Shown here: one piece after another, positions 50,114-60,725 of the stretch | How positions within the stretch are numbered: position 1 is the stretch's first letter | Layout of the letters: each line of letters begins with the position of its first letter | NCBI GenBank assembly: GCA_043778225.1 | Contig: JAYWGM010000052.1 | Location: forward strand, 22,955 to 86,954 | Source of the DNA: Deinococcales bacterium | Lineage (GTDB): Bacteria; Deinococcota; Deinococci; Deinococcales; JAAFIG01 | Length of the DNA: 64,000 bases | Direction of reading: 5' to 3' | The notes under the pieces: generated by a model | Databases searched by the model: none | The model's input: the letters and a program-made list of their open reading frames with translations, nothing else | Told to the model about the DNA's origin: nothing | Position numbers and translations under genes: made by a program

Positions 50114-51430
50114 ATGAAGCACAATTTAATCCCTTTGGTTTTGCTCGGCTCGAGTTTTGTCTGGCTTGGCAGCAGTGGCGCACAAACCCAAACGTTGCCG
50201 CTCGAGATGCGCGTGGCAACCCAGTGGTATAGCTTGATGCTCGATTTAACCCGCCACACCGCGACCTATTCGCCGCCCGTGGCTGCCCGAACCTTTGCCT
50301 ATATTGGGCTGACCAGCCACGAAATTTTAGTCACCCAAAGTAAAACCCTGCGTTCACTCGAGGGACAACTAAACGGCTTTAAGGGTATTCCAAAACCAGA
50401 CCCAAAATTGCAATACAACACCGCCGCCATGTTGCAAGGTGCATTCTCGAGCAGCATCGAAGAGTTGTACGGCAACACTGGACCAACTGGACAACGGGTT
50501 TTTATGGCAGTCAATACCCGCCTAGCCACCGAGGTTGCCAAAGCTGTACCCAAAGATATTTTTGAGCGTAGCCTAGCCTATGGGCGCAGTGTCGCAAAAA
50601 CCATGCTCGAGTTTGCCAAAACCGATGGTGGTGATGGAATCACCAACCTTGGTTTTCCTTTAACTTTTCCTAAAGCCAGCAACCCACAAGATTGGATTCC
50701 AACCGCGCCGCTTGGAATGCAGCAGACACCACTGCTGCCAAAATGGGGCGACAACCGCCCGTTGGTGATGAAAACAGGCAATGATTGCCCTTTGCCTGCG
50801 CCGCTTGTGTACTCGAGCGAGAAAGAATCGGTCTTTTATAAAGAAGCCCTCGAGGTCTACAACACCGTCAAAAACATTACGCCAGAACAAAAGAAAATCG
50901 CCCGTTTTTGGTCAGACGATGCGATGCTGACCGTCACACCGCCCGGGCATTGGCTGAGTATTGCCTTAAACTTGGCGCTCGATAAAAACTTTTCGCTTGA
51001 GCAGTTTATCGAACTCGAGGCAAAAATTGGCTTGGCGGTCAACGATGCTTTTATTGGTTGCTGGCACACCAAGTACCAGTACAACTTACTGCGCCCAATC
51101 ACTTTTATTCGCCGCCACATAGACCCAACGTGGGAAGCAATTCTGCCTGTGCCACCGTTTCCAGAGTACCCAAGTGGTCACAGCACCCAAAGTGGGGCGG
51201 CTGCCAGTGTGCTGACCGCCACGCTTGGCGCAAATTATGCTTTTACCGACCGTACAGGCTCGGATAATGGACTTGCCCCGCGCAGTTATCAGTCGTTTGC
51301 TGAAGCGGCGGCTGAGGCTGGAATCTCGAGGTTATACGGCGGGATTCATTTTCGTACCGCCATCGAACGTGGACTCGAGCAGGGGCGCTGCATTGGGGCA
51401 AAAGTCAATGCCTTAAAATTTAGAAAATAG
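50114..51430 (+). CDS. Secreted vanadium-dependent haloperoxidase / PAP2-superfamily protein
   Basis: KYQYNLLRP, PPFPEYPSGHS, SRLYGGIHF; signal peptide. Confidence 0.88.
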   Translation: MKHNLIPLVLLGSSFVWLGSSGAQTQTLPLEMRVATQWYSLMLDLTRHTATYSPPVAARTFAYIGLTSHEILVTQSKTLRSLEGQLNGFKGIPKPDPKLQYNTAAMLQGAFSSSIEELYGNTGPTGQRVFMAVNTRLATEVAKAVPKDIFERSLAYGRSVAKTMLEFAKTDGGDGITNLGFPLTFPKASNPQDWIPTAPLGMQQTPLLPKWGDNRPLVMKTGNDCPLPAPLVYSSEKESVFYKEALEVYNTVKNITPEQKKIARFWSDDAMLTVTPPGHWLSIALNLALDKNFSLEQFIELEAKIGLAVNDAFIGCWHTKYQYNLLRPITFIRRHIDPTWEAILPVPPFPEYPSGHSTQSGAAASVLTATLGANYAFTDRTGSDNGLAPRSYQSFAEAAAEAGISRLYGGIHFRTAIERGLEQGRCIGAKVNALKFRK

Positions 51431-51506
51431 AGACCGTACAGAATGCCATCTCTTATTGTAACCTGCGGCTCGGTTGGCTCGAGACCAAAAAAGCTATAAA
51501 TAGCAG

Positions 51507-52019
51507 GTGCAAATCTTAAAAACACTCCTGAGTGGCGGTTTGGTGCTGGCTTTTGTTGCTCAAGCGGCTGCACCACAGACATTTGGCGCTTTTGCCGGAA
51601 AATGGGCTGGGTATCTCGAGTACAAGGATTATCAGGGCAATGGGCGGGTCAAAATACCAGTCAAACTCGAGGTCAAACCAAGCAACGCCAGCGCCGCCAT
51701 CTGGGATTTTGTCTATGACGATTTTGGCAAACCCGTGAGCAGTTTTGAGACCCACACTTGGAATGGCACAACCTACCGTGTCCAAACCAAAGGGCAAACT
51801 GCCATTCAAGAATACACTAGCCGTGATTTTGCGGTTCTGCTCAAAACTGGTATTGGCAAAGCTATTTTACTAGGTACTGAAATCGAAATCGGTGCAAAAG
51901 TTGAAGTTCGGCGCACGATCACTTTAGAAAAAAATAAACTGACCACCCTCAAAGAAACCCGTTTGCGTGATGGTGTTTTTACTTTCCGCAATCAGAGCAT
52001 TTACTTGCGCCAACCCTAG
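51507..52019 (+). CDS. Secreted hypothetical protein
   Basis: Signal peptide; GKWAGYLEYKDY beta-rich. Confidence 0.6.
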   Translation: MQILKTLLSGGLVLAFVAQAAAPQTFGAFAGKWAGYLEYKDYQGNGRVKIPVKLEVKPSNASAAIWDFVYDDFGKPVSSFETHTWNGTTYRVQTKGQTAIQEYTSRDFAVLLKTGIGKAILLGTEIEIGAKVEVRRTITLEKNKLTTLKETRLRDGVFTFRNQSIYLRQP

Positions 52020-52046
52020 CCCAAGTCTCGAGTTAAAATAGCCAGC

Positions 52047-54479
52047 ATGATTCCTTCTGCGGCTCGAGTAATTATTGTTGGTGGTGGCATTGTTGGCTCG
52101 AGTCTGGCGTATCACCTGACCAAACTCGGCTGGACAGATGTGCTGCTTTTAGAACAAAATACTTTAGCGGGTGGCACGACTTGGCACGCGGCTGGCTTGG
52201 TTGGGCAGTTACGCACCAGCAACAGCATGACCAAAATTAACAAGTACAGTGTCGAACTCTATCCGCGTCTCGAGGCAGAAACAGGCGTGGCAACGGGCTG
52301 GAAAACCACAGGCAGTTTAATTGTCGCAACCACCACAGAACGGATGATTCAGTTGCAGCGCACGATCGCCATGGCAGAACTTTTTGGGGTCAAAGCCGAA
52401 ATGATCAGCCCAAAAGCTGCCCAAGAAAAATGGAATTTAATGCGAACAGACGACCTGCTTGGCGCAGCGTGGCTGCCCGATGACGGCAAGTGCTTACCTA
52501 AAGAAACAGCGCTGGCACTAGCCAAAGGCGCTCAGCTGGGCGGTGCGACTATACTCGAGCATATTCGGGTGCTGGATGTGTTGCGCCACCACGGGCGGGT
52601 GACGGGTGTCAGAACCCAAGAAGGCGATATTGCTGCCGAATTTGTGGTGCTGTGCGGTGGAATGTGGACTCGAGAACTGGGGCTAAAAATCGGGGTCAAT
52701 ATCCCACTTTTTCCAGTCGAGCATCATTATGTGGTCTCCGAACCAATCGAAGGCGCATTCGATGAGTTACCCGTCGGGCGCGACCCAAACCGTTGTATTT
52801 ACTATCGCGGCGAAGGAAGTCGCATCATGCTTGGGGCGTTTCAGGCATACACCAAACCGTGGGATGTGCAACCCGTACCGCCAGATTTTAGCAACGCCTT
52901 GCTCGAGCCAGATTGGCAAAAATACGCTGAACCATTGGCGGCTGGAAAATGGCGTATTCCAAGGCTCGAGCAGGCTAAATTTGAGAAATTTGTCAATGGT
53001 CCAGAATCGTTTACGCCCGACAACAATTTTTTGATGGGCGAGACCCCAGAATTGCGCGGACTTTTTGTGCTGGCTGGTTTTAACAGCGTTGGTATTGCCA
53101 GCGCTGGTGGGGCGGGCAAGTATTTAGCCGAATGGATGGTGGATGGCGAACCGAGCATTGACTTGTGGAGCGTTGACCTTAGGCGCTTTGGCATCGGTCA
53201 GAACAACCGTACTTTTTTGCGGCAGCGTGTGACCGAGGTGCTGGGCTTACATTATCAAATGGCGTACCCAAATCGTGAGCTAAGCACTGGGCGCAACTTG
53301 CGCTTATCGCCATTGCACAGTTTGCTCGAGCAAGCTGGAGCGTGTTTTGGACAAAAGGCTGGTTTTGAGCGCCCCAATTGGTTTGCTCGAGGTGGCTTAA
53401 AACCAGTTGCCGAGTACGCTTGGGGACGGCAAAATTGGTTTATCATGCACAAGCGAGAACACCTTGCCACAAGGCAAGCAGTCGCTATTTTTGACCAGAG
53501 CGCCTTTGCTAAACTCGAGTTGACTGGGCGGGATGCTTTAAGTCTGTTGCAACGGCTTTGCGCCAACCAAATGGATGTCCCCATCGGACAATCGGTCTAC
53601 ACCGCCATGCCCAATGCCAAAGGCGGTTTTGAATCCGACCTGACCGTGCTGCGGCTCGGCGAAACGCATTTTAGAATCATCACTGGCTCGAGCCAAGCGG
53701 TTCATGATGCTGACTGGATTTGGCGTAACGTGCTGCCAAGCGAGCAAATCAGCCTGACCGATGTGACCGAAAGCTACGCCGTGCTTGGTTTGATGGGCGC
53801 GAATTCTCGAGCCGTTCTCGAGGCGCTGACCACGACTGACCTGAGCCACCAAGCCTTTGGCTTTGGCGAGGCAAAATACATTGAACTTGGGTACTCGAGG
53901 GTGCTGGCGGTGCGTATCACCTATGTGGGCGAACTTGGCTGGGAACTGCATATCCCAAATAGCCAAGCGGTGCAAGTCTACACCGACCTGATGCGGGTCG
54001 GCTCGAGTTTTGGGATTGAAAACGCTGGGCATTATGCGATAAATTCCTTACGGCTCGAGAAAGGCTACCGAGCTTGGGGCGCAGATATATCGCCAGAAGA
54101 CACGATTCTCGAAGCTGGTTTAGGTTTTGCAGTGGATTGGAATAAAGAATTTATCGGTAAAGCTGCCTTGCTTGAGCAACAAAAAAAAGGGCTGACCCGA
54201 AGGCTGGTGCATTTTGTCCTCGAGAACCCCGAACCAGTGCTGTGGGGTTCAGAACCGATTCTGCGCGATGGCATCGCGGTTGGTTACACCACTTCGGGCA
54301 GTTATGGGCATACGCTTGGCGCAGCCGTTGGCATGGGCTATGTGAAAAACTCGAGTGGCGTGGATACCGCTTGGGTGCGTGCTGGGCATTATGAAATCGT
54401 AATCAATGCCCAAAAATACACCGCCAAAGCCTATTTGCGCTCACCCTATGACCCAGAACGGCAGCGCATTTTGAGGTAA
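52047..54479 (+). CDS. GcvT-family FAD-dependent dehydrogenase (sarcosine/dimethylglycine dehydrogenase-like)
   Basis: GGGIVG, GTTWHAAG, GPESFTPD, YVGELGWE, LRLEKGY. Confidence 0.9.
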   Translation: MIPSAARVIIVGGGIVGSSLAYHLTKLGWTDVLLLEQNTLAGGTTWHAAGLVGQLRTSNSMTKINKYSVELYPRLEAETGVATGWKTTGSLIVATTTERMIQLQRTIAMAELFGVKAEMISPKAAQEKWNLMRTDDLLGAAWLPDDGKCLPKETALALAKGAQLGGATILEHIRVLDVLRHHGRVTGVRTQEGDIAAEFVVLCGGMWTRELGLKIGVNIPLFPVEHHYVVSEPIEGAFDELPVGRDPNRCIYYRGEGSRIMLGAFQAYTKPWDVQPVPPDFSNALLEPDWQKYAEPLAAGKWRIPRLEQAKFEKFVNGPESFTPDNNFLMGETPELRGLFVLAGFNSVGIASAGGAGKYLAEWMVDGEPSIDLWSVDLRRFGIGQNNRTFLRQRVTEVLGLHYQMAYPNRELSTGRNLRLSPLHSLLEQAGACFGQKAGFERPNWFARGGLKPVAEYAWGRQNWFIMHKREHLATRQAVAIFDQSAFAKLELTGRDALSLLQRLCANQMDVPIGQSVYTAMPNAKGGFESDLTVLRLGETHFRIITGSSQAVHDADWIWRNVLPSEQISLTDVTESYAVLGLMGANSRAVLEALTTTDLSHQAFGFGEAKYIELGYSRVLAVRITYVGELGWELHIPNSQAVQVYTDLMRVGSSFGIENAGHYAINSLRLEKGYRAWGADISPEDTILEAGLGFAVDWNKEFIGKAALLEQQKKGLTRRLVHFVLENPEPVLWGSEPILRDGIAVGYTTSGSYGHTLGAAVGMGYVKNSSGVDTAWVRAGHYEIVINAQKYTAKAYLRSPYDPERQRILR

Positions 54480-54569
54480 CGGGAACTTTTTGAGATAGAC
54501 ACCATCCAACCAACTGTAGCGAAACTGAATCCTTAATAGTTTACGCCCAACAATTTAGTGGAGGTTTTT

Positions 54570-55418
54570 ATGAAAAAGTCCTTGATGATGGCTGCCTTAT
54601 CGTGTCTCGCTCCGATTGCCCTATTTGGTTGCCAAACTGCCTTGCCAAATAACCCAGTCTATGCCCTAAACTATGCTTCTGGGGTACAACAAAATCAGGT
54701 TGTGGCGGCTGGCTCGAGCGCTGTTTTATCGGTCAATGTCTCGAGTAGCACAGGTGGAATGGTCGGTGGGCTTGGACTCAGTGCGACCGTCAACAATGGC
54801 TATTGTGGTCTTGTCTCGAGCAGTGCCAGCACCGATACCACTGGAAATGCCAGTTTTACGCTGACAGCAGGTTCGGCTGGTGGTTTGGCGTGTACTGTAA
54901 CCGTCAATTTACCAAGTCTTAATGCTTCTCGAGCCGCCGTCAATTTTACAGTCAACGTCCGTGCCATTCAGCGTGTTTTAACCGCACCTGTTACCAGTTT
55001 AGTTATTGCCACAACACCCAACCCGACCACGATTAACTTAGCCAGCACCACCGCCCAAATGACTTTATCCAGTCCAAATGCGGCTTTGGGTTCGGCAAAC
55101 GACAGCTTAAACCTAAGAATTGCCAATTTGCCAGCCTTACCAAACACTTTTACCTATGTGCTGTGGGCGACCAATGCCGCCAGTCTAACCACTGGTCTGG
55201 ATGCTTTTCGCAATGCTGGCAATGCCCCAGTAGCTATTGGCTTTAATGCCACTCCACCCGCCAATGTTGGCACAAACAGCCCAGCTACACCTATAGACAA
55301 CAAAGCCAACTACACCCGCGTTTTTGTGAGCATCGAAGCTGGCTCGAGCATTCCAGCCACCCCAAGCACACAAATAGCTTTGGACACTGGCACAAGTGTT
55401 TTTGTACAGGGCAATTAA
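54570..55418 (+). CDS. Lipoprotein with Ig-like domain
   Basis: Lipobox LFGC; STDTTGNASFTLT Big_1-like; GAGG RBS. Confidence 0.65.
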   Translation: MKKSLMMAALSCLAPIALFGCQTALPNNPVYALNYASGVQQNQVVAAGSSAVLSVNVSSSTGGMVGGLGLSATVNNGYCGLVSSSASTDTTGNASFTLTAGSAGGLACTVTVNLPSLNASRAAVNFTVNVRAIQRVLTAPVTSLVIATTPNPTTINLASTTAQMTLSSPNAALGSANDSLNLRIANLPALPNTFTYVLWATNAASLTTGLDAFRNAGNAPVAIGFNATPPANVGTNSPATPIDNKANYTRVFVSIEAGSSIPATPSTQIALDTGTSVFVQGN

Positions 55419-56266
55419 CCACCTTGGGCGATTCTAAAGCGCTCGAGGTGTGTATTGGCATAGGCTAAAAAATCAAAATCGAGGCTCGAGATACCACTTT
55501 GTAAAAATCCCCAAAAGGCTTCTCGAGCCTCGGAAACACAGCGCATCAAGGCTAATTCTTGGCGCAGTTGGTGGCTCACTTCGCCAAAGTAAAGCCCTAA
55601 AAGTTCTTCGTGGTCGTTTAACTCAAGGTTAGCAGCCAAATTGCCAAGGTCAAACATTCGGTTGCCATTGCCAGCGTACTCCCAGTCTATTAAAAAAAGC
55701 TGCCGACCAAAAAGTAGATTGCTGGGCAGTAAATCGTTGTGACACGGCACGATTTTGGCAGTTGGCTCGAGTTGGCTTTGGATTTGGGTAAGCTGCCTAA
55801 GAATTTGTGGGGTGTCTTTTGGGAACTTCACGCCATGCACAAGCGCAATTTGATGGTACTGGGTAATCGTCTGAAATGCCGAAAAAGATTTAGGGAAAGC
55901 TGGCGCAGCATGAAGTTTTTTGAGGGTGCTGACCAAAAAATCGAGTTGTGCAGTGGCGCTGGCTGTATCGAGCGTTTGGGCAGCCTCGAGAAAGCGGGTT
56001 AAAATTGCTTGGTGGGCGGCTAAATAAGCAATCGGTTCTGCCCCAATGCCAAGCTGATAAGCCATCCCCGAGCAGTCAAATTCGGCTTGGCGGTCAATCC
56101 CCAAGAGTTCGCTTTTTTCGCCTGCCACACGCACCACATATGCACCAGAACTGGTCTCGAGTTTATAATTGTGGTTGGTGATGCCGCCGCTCAGGTGGCT
56201 GATGCACTCAATTGTGCCAGTCAATTTTTTTATGTCTCGAGTCAGTTCTTGGGTCAATTGGTTCAC
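55415..56266 (-). CDS. Choline/ethanolamine kinase-family phosphotransferase
   Basis: LSGGITNHNY, CHNDLLPSN, IDWEYAG. Confidence 0.88.
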   Translation of the reverse strand: MNQLTQELTRDIKKLTGTIECISHLSGGITNHNYKLETSSGAYVVRVAGEKSELLGIDRQAEFDCSGMAYQLGIGAEPIAYLAAHQAILTRFLEAAQTLDTASATAQLDFLVSTLKKLHAAPAFPKSFSAFQTITQYHQIALVHGVKFPKDTPQILRQLTQIQSQLEPTAKIVPCHNDLLPSNLLFGRQLFLIDWEYAGNGNRMFDLGNLAANLELNDHEELLGLYFGEVSHQLRQELALMRCVSEAREAFWGFLQSGISSLDFDFLAYANTHLERFRIAQGG

Positions 56267-56289
56267 GATGCACAGCATATGCTTTCTGT

Positions 56290-57657
56290 ATGCTTAAAAT
56301 TTTAGATTCAAATCAGTCTTGGGATGTGATTGTGCTGGGTGGCGGCACCGCAGGGGCGATTGCCGCCATCAAAGCCGCACGGGCGGGCGCTAAAACCTTG
56401 GTGGTCGAAGCCCTCGGTAGCCTCGGTGGCACGGGTACAAACGCCCAAGTTACGCCCTTGATGCGAAATTCCTCGAGCGGCATTAACCTAAACCAAGGCT
56501 TGACCAACGAACTCAAAACTCGGCTTTTTGCCCAAGGTGATGGTGCGACCGACCAGCACAACAACGACAATTGGTTTAACCCCGAAGGCATGAAATATGT
56601 TCTCGAGCGAATGCTGGTCGAATCTGGCGGTCAGATTTTGTACCACACCCATTTTGTTGCTCCAGAACTCGAGCAACAACAAGTCTCGAGCGTGATTGTC
56701 CACAATAAAGATGGCTTGACGCGCCTAAGCGCCAAAGCCTTTATAGATGCGACTGGCGATGCTGATTTGTGTGTTCGGGCTGGAGCGCCATTTCAGGCGG
56801 GCGAACTCGAGACGGGCTTACACCAAGCCATGAGCCTACGTTTTATTTTAGGTGGCGTAGATTGCCAAAAACTCTGTGAATTTTTAGCCAAACATGGGCA
56901 AGCCCAAGAATCTAGCGCCTTTATGCACTTTTGGATGGTCTGGGGTAAAAATGCTTCGCTCGAGCCACTGTTCAAAAAAGCAGTCGAAGCTGGTCTACTC
57001 GAGGAGCGCGACGGCGATTATTTTCAGGGATTTAGTATCCCCGGAATGCCAAATTGTATCAGTTTTAATAACCCGCGCTTGGCTGCCGAAATCAACGACG
57101 GGGCAGATGCGTGGACCCTATCAAAAGCGCAAATAGATGGCAAACACGCGATTCAGCGCCTTGTGAAGTTCTTGCGCCACACTTTTGAAGGCTGCGAACA
57201 TAGCTTTGTCTCGAGTTACGCCGCCATTCCAGGGGTGCGCGAAACACGGCGAATCACGGGCGAATATGTTCTAACGCTCGAGGATATTCTCGAGTGCCAC
57301 CAATTTGAGGATGCGATTTGCCGCAATCATTACCCTGTGGATATTCACACCCCACGCGGTAAAAAGCTCTATCACGAACGCTCGGGCGACTTGCCCTATT
57401 TTCAGCCCGATGCCTACCACGAAATTCCTTACCGCAGTTTAATTCCGCTCGGTCTCGAGAATGTGCTTGTGCCGGGGCGTTGTGCCAGTGCCACTTTCGA
57501 GGCGCAAAGCGCGATTCGGGTGCAGCAAAACTGCCACAGCATGGGCGAGGCGGCTGGTTTAGCATCAGCATGGATGGCGGCGCAAAACATTGGGTCTCGA
57601 GCCATCAATGCGCTGGAACTGAGGGCTGCCTTAAAAGCTGATGGGGCATATCTGTAG
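56290..57657 (+). CDS. FAD-dependent oxidoreductase
   Basis: GGGTAG, IDATGDADL, VRETRRI, IPYRSLIP. Confidence 0.88.
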   Translation: MLKILDSNQSWDVIVLGGGTAGAIAAIKAARAGAKTLVVEALGSLGGTGTNAQVTPLMRNSSSGINLNQGLTNELKTRLFAQGDGATDQHNNDNWFNPEGMKYVLERMLVESGGQILYHTHFVAPELEQQQVSSVIVHNKDGLTRLSAKAFIDATGDADLCVRAGAPFQAGELETGLHQAMSLRFILGGVDCQKLCEFLAKHGQAQESSAFMHFWMVWGKNASLEPLFKKAVEAGLLEERDGDYFQGFSIPGMPNCISFNNPRLAAEINDGADAWTLSKAQIDGKHAIQRLVKFLRHTFEGCEHSFVSSYAAIPGVRETRRITGEYVLTLEDILECHQFEDAICRNHYPVDIHTPRGKKLYHERSGDLPYFQPDAYHEIPYRSLIPLGLENVLVPGRCASATFEAQSAIRVQQNCHSMGEAAGLASAWMAAQNIGSRAINALELRAALKADGAYL

Positions 57658-57770
57658 AATTTTTGACTCGAGTCTTGCCTAACGCATTTCCTCTTTCCTC
57701 CTTTCTCTTTTCTCCGTCCTTGTGCTACCCTACCCGCACTTGTTGGTTTTAGAAATGAAGGGGACTTACC

Positions 57771-60668
57771 TTGAGTACACTTATAATTGTTGAATCGCCC
57801 GCCAAGGCAAAAACCATTGGAAAATTCCTTGGGCGTGGCTATATTGTCGAGTCGAGCTACGGGCATATCCGCGATTTACCCAAAGGCGCAGATGAAGTTC
57901 CAGCCAAATTTAAAGGCGAATCTTGGGCGAGGCTGGGCTTAAACATTGATGCAGGCTTTGAGCCATTGTATATTGTCTCGGCAGAAAAACGCGCTCAGGT
58001 TGCCAAACTCCGCAGCCTTGCCAAAGATGCGACCGAAATTTTTCTGGCAACCGACGAAGACCGCGAAGGTGAGGCGATTGCCTGGCATTTGTTCGATGAG
58101 TTAAAACCCAAAGTGCCAGTCAAGCGTATGGTTTTTCATGAAATTACCAAAGAAGCCATTGACCACGCGATTTCGCATCCGCGCAGCATTAACCTCAACA
58201 TGGTCCAAGCCCAAGAAACCCGTCGGGCATTGGACAGGTTATACGGCTACGAAGTCTCGCCCGTGCTGTGGAAAAAAGTAAAACCCAAACTCAGTGCTGG
58301 GCGGGTGCAAAGTGTGGCGACGCGCCTGATTGTCGAACGTGAGCGCGAACGGATGGCGTTTGTCCCGAGTAGCTGGTGGGATATAGAAGCCCAGTTTAGC
58401 ACCGCTAAAAACGAATTGTTTCCAGCCACGCTTTATGAGCTAGATGGTAAACGCTTGGCATTGGGCAAGGACTTTGACTCGAGCGGCAAATTTACAGGCG
58501 AAGGCAAAGTCGTGCGCTTATCCGAAACTGAGGCTCGAGCCTTGGCGCAAAATCTGCAAGGTGTGCCGTTTAGTGTGCTTGGCACAGAAGAAAAACCATT
58601 TACCCAACGCCCTTATGCGCCGTTTATCACCAGCACCCTGCAACAAGAGGGGGTGCGTAAACTCGGTTTTGATTCCAAACGCACCATGCGAGCCGCCCAG
58701 AGCCTCTACGAGAACGGGTACATCACCTATATGCGTACTGACAGCACCAACCTTTCCAAAGAGGCTTTAACGGCGGCTCGAGCGCAAGTCGTGGATTTGT
58801 ACGGGCAGGATTATCTGCATCCAACGCCGCGCACTTACGAGAAAAAAGTCAAAAATGCCCAAGAGGCACACGAAGCCATCCGCCCTGCTGGCGAGCGTTT
58901 CCGCACGCCGCAAGAAGTCAAATCCGAACTCGGTAACGACGAATGGCGCTTGTACGATTTAATCTGGAAACGCACCGTGGCTTCACAAATGGCGGATGCT
59001 CGAGGACGCAGGTTATCGGCTCGAATTGGTGGCACAGCCACCGATAACCGTAAAGCCGTATTTAATGCCACAGGTAAAGTGATTGATTTTGCGGGTTTCT
59101 TACGCGCCTATGTCGAAGGCTCAGACGACCCCGACGCAGCCCTCGAGGACAAAGAAGTGATGCTGCCCGCGCTTGCCACAGGCAACACGGTGCGCCCCGA
59201 AAAACTCAATCCCAAAGGTCACAGTACCCAGTCGCCAGCCCGCTTTACTGAAGCCAGTTTAATCCAAGGACTCGAGGAGCGCGGCATCGGCAGACCCAGC
59301 ACCTACTCGAGCATTATCCAGACTGTCCAAGACCGTGGTTATGTTTTTAAGCGCGGACAAGCCCTGATTCCAACCATCACTGGTTTTAGCGTGGTGCAAC
59401 TGCTCGAGCAACATTTCGGGCAATTGGTGGATTATAGTTTTACCGCCCGTATGGAAGATGACCTTGACCATATTTCGATGGGCGAACAAAAACGCATTCC
59501 GTACTTAGAAAAATTTTACTCGAGCGAAGAAGGCTTAAAAAAGCAAATTGAAACCCGCCTCGACACCATAGATGCTCGAGCCGTCAGCACGATTTTTGTG
59601 CCGCAACTCGAGGGAACGGGTATTTCGGTGCGGCTGGCTAAATTTGGACCAATTGTCGAATTTGAAGGTAAGCTCGCCAATATCCCCGATGACCTTGCAC
59701 CAGATGAACTGAATAAAGAAAAAGCCGAGGAACTGCTGACCAAGCGGTCTTCAGAACAAGTGCTGGGCATCGAAACTGCTTCTGGTTTACAGATTTATGC
59801 CAAGAACGGACGCTTTGGTCCCTATGTCCAACTTGGCGAGAACGGCGCAGCCAATGTCAAAATGGCATCGTTATTTCCAAACGATAGACTCGAGGATTTA
59901 ACGCTCGAGCGAGCGCTGTTGCTGCTGAGTTTGCCAAGATACGTTGGCGACCTCGATGGCGAAGAAGTCTGGGGTTACAACGGCAAATTTGGACCCTACC
60001 TCAAAAAAGGCAAAGACTCGAGAAGCCTTGGTAAACACGATGAACTCTTTACGGTTAATCTCGAGCAAGCCAAAATAATTTTTGACCAACCCAAAACTCG
60101 AGGGCGTGGCACACCCAAAGACCCAGTACAAATTTTTGAATACACTGACCGCAAAGCCATTAACTTGCTCGATGGGCGTTTTGGGCTGTACCTTTCGGAT
60201 GGCGAACTCAACGCCTATTTGCGCCGCGAAGACAACGCCGAAGTGCTGAACGCCAACGATGTCCGCCGAATTTTTGAGGAGCGCGGCAAACCACCAAAAT
60301 CCAAAGCCAAACCCGCCAAAACATCTGGCAGCAAAAAAACCGTCGGGGCTGCCTCGCCAAAAACCGCCAAAGCCCCCAGCAAAGCCTCGAGCAGCAAAAA
60401 AGCTGTTACTAAGAAAAAAACTGTCTCCAAAACTGTCAAAGCCGATGCACCCACCAAGGAAAAACCAGCTTGGGCAGACCTCGAGCCATTCACCAAGGAT
60501 TTTGACCCAACCACGGCGCAACTCCTAAAACTGATTAACGGTGAACGAATCCCAATGGCGGATGCCGCCACCAGACTTCGCATTAGCTCCGAAGATGCCA
60601 TGAGTCGGTATAGGGCGAGTAATTTTAAGCTGTACAATTTGTACAGAAAAGCCAAAGTTGTAGTTTAA
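57771..60668 (+). CDS. topA: DNA topoisomerase I
   Basis: IVESPAKAKTI, ATDEDREGE, SAGRVQS, ITYMRTD, GIGRPSTY; GRFGPY C-terminal repeats; Lys-rich tail; TTG start. Confidence 0.96.
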   Translation: MSTLIIVESPAKAKTIGKFLGRGYIVESSYGHIRDLPKGADEVPAKFKGESWARLGLNIDAGFEPLYIVSAEKRAQVAKLRSLAKDATEIFLATDEDREGEAIAWHLFDELKPKVPVKRMVFHEITKEAIDHAISHPRSINLNMVQAQETRRALDRLYGYEVSPVLWKKVKPKLSAGRVQSVATRLIVERERERMAFVPSSWWDIEAQFSTAKNELFPATLYELDGKRLALGKDFDSSGKFTGEGKVVRLSETEARALAQNLQGVPFSVLGTEEKPFTQRPYAPFITSTLQQEGVRKLGFDSKRTMRAAQSLYENGYITYMRTDSTNLSKEALTAARAQVVDLYGQDYLHPTPRTYEKKVKNAQEAHEAIRPAGERFRTPQEVKSELGNDEWRLYDLIWKRTVASQMADARGRRLSARIGGTATDNRKAVFNATGKVIDFAGFLRAYVEGSDDPDAALEDKEVMLPALATGNTVRPEKLNPKGHSTQSPARFTEASLIQGLEERGIGRPSTYSSIIQTVQDRGYVFKRGQALIPTITGFSVVQLLEQHFGQLVDYSFTARMEDDLDHISMGEQKRIPYLEKFYSSEEGLKKQIETRLDTIDARAVSTIFVPQLEGTGISVRLAKFGPIVEFEGKLANIPDDLAPDELNKEKAEELLTKRSSEQVLGIETASGLQIYAKNGRFGPYVQLGENGAANVKMASLFPNDRLEDLTLERALLLLSLPRYVGDLDGEEVWGYNGKFGPYLKKGKDSRSLGKHDELFTVNLEQAKIIFDQPKTRGRGTPKDPVQIFEYTDRKAINLLDGRFGLYLSDGELNAYLRREDNAEVLNANDVRRIFEERGKPPKSKAKPAKTSGSKKTVGAASPKTAKAPSKASSSKKAVTKKKTVSKTVKADAPTKEKPAWADLEPFTKDFDPTTAQLLKLINGERIPMADAATRLRISSEDAMSRYRASNFKLYNLYRKAKVVV

Positions 60669-60725
60669 GTTTTACTCGAGACTTAAACTATCAGTCTCGA
60701 GTTCTGCGATTTATAGATACTTCAA

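Noticed and set aside
59462..59472. CTTGACCATA in topA as a fifth 38-mer copy
   Set aside because: Only about 10 nt match, inside conserved coding sequence
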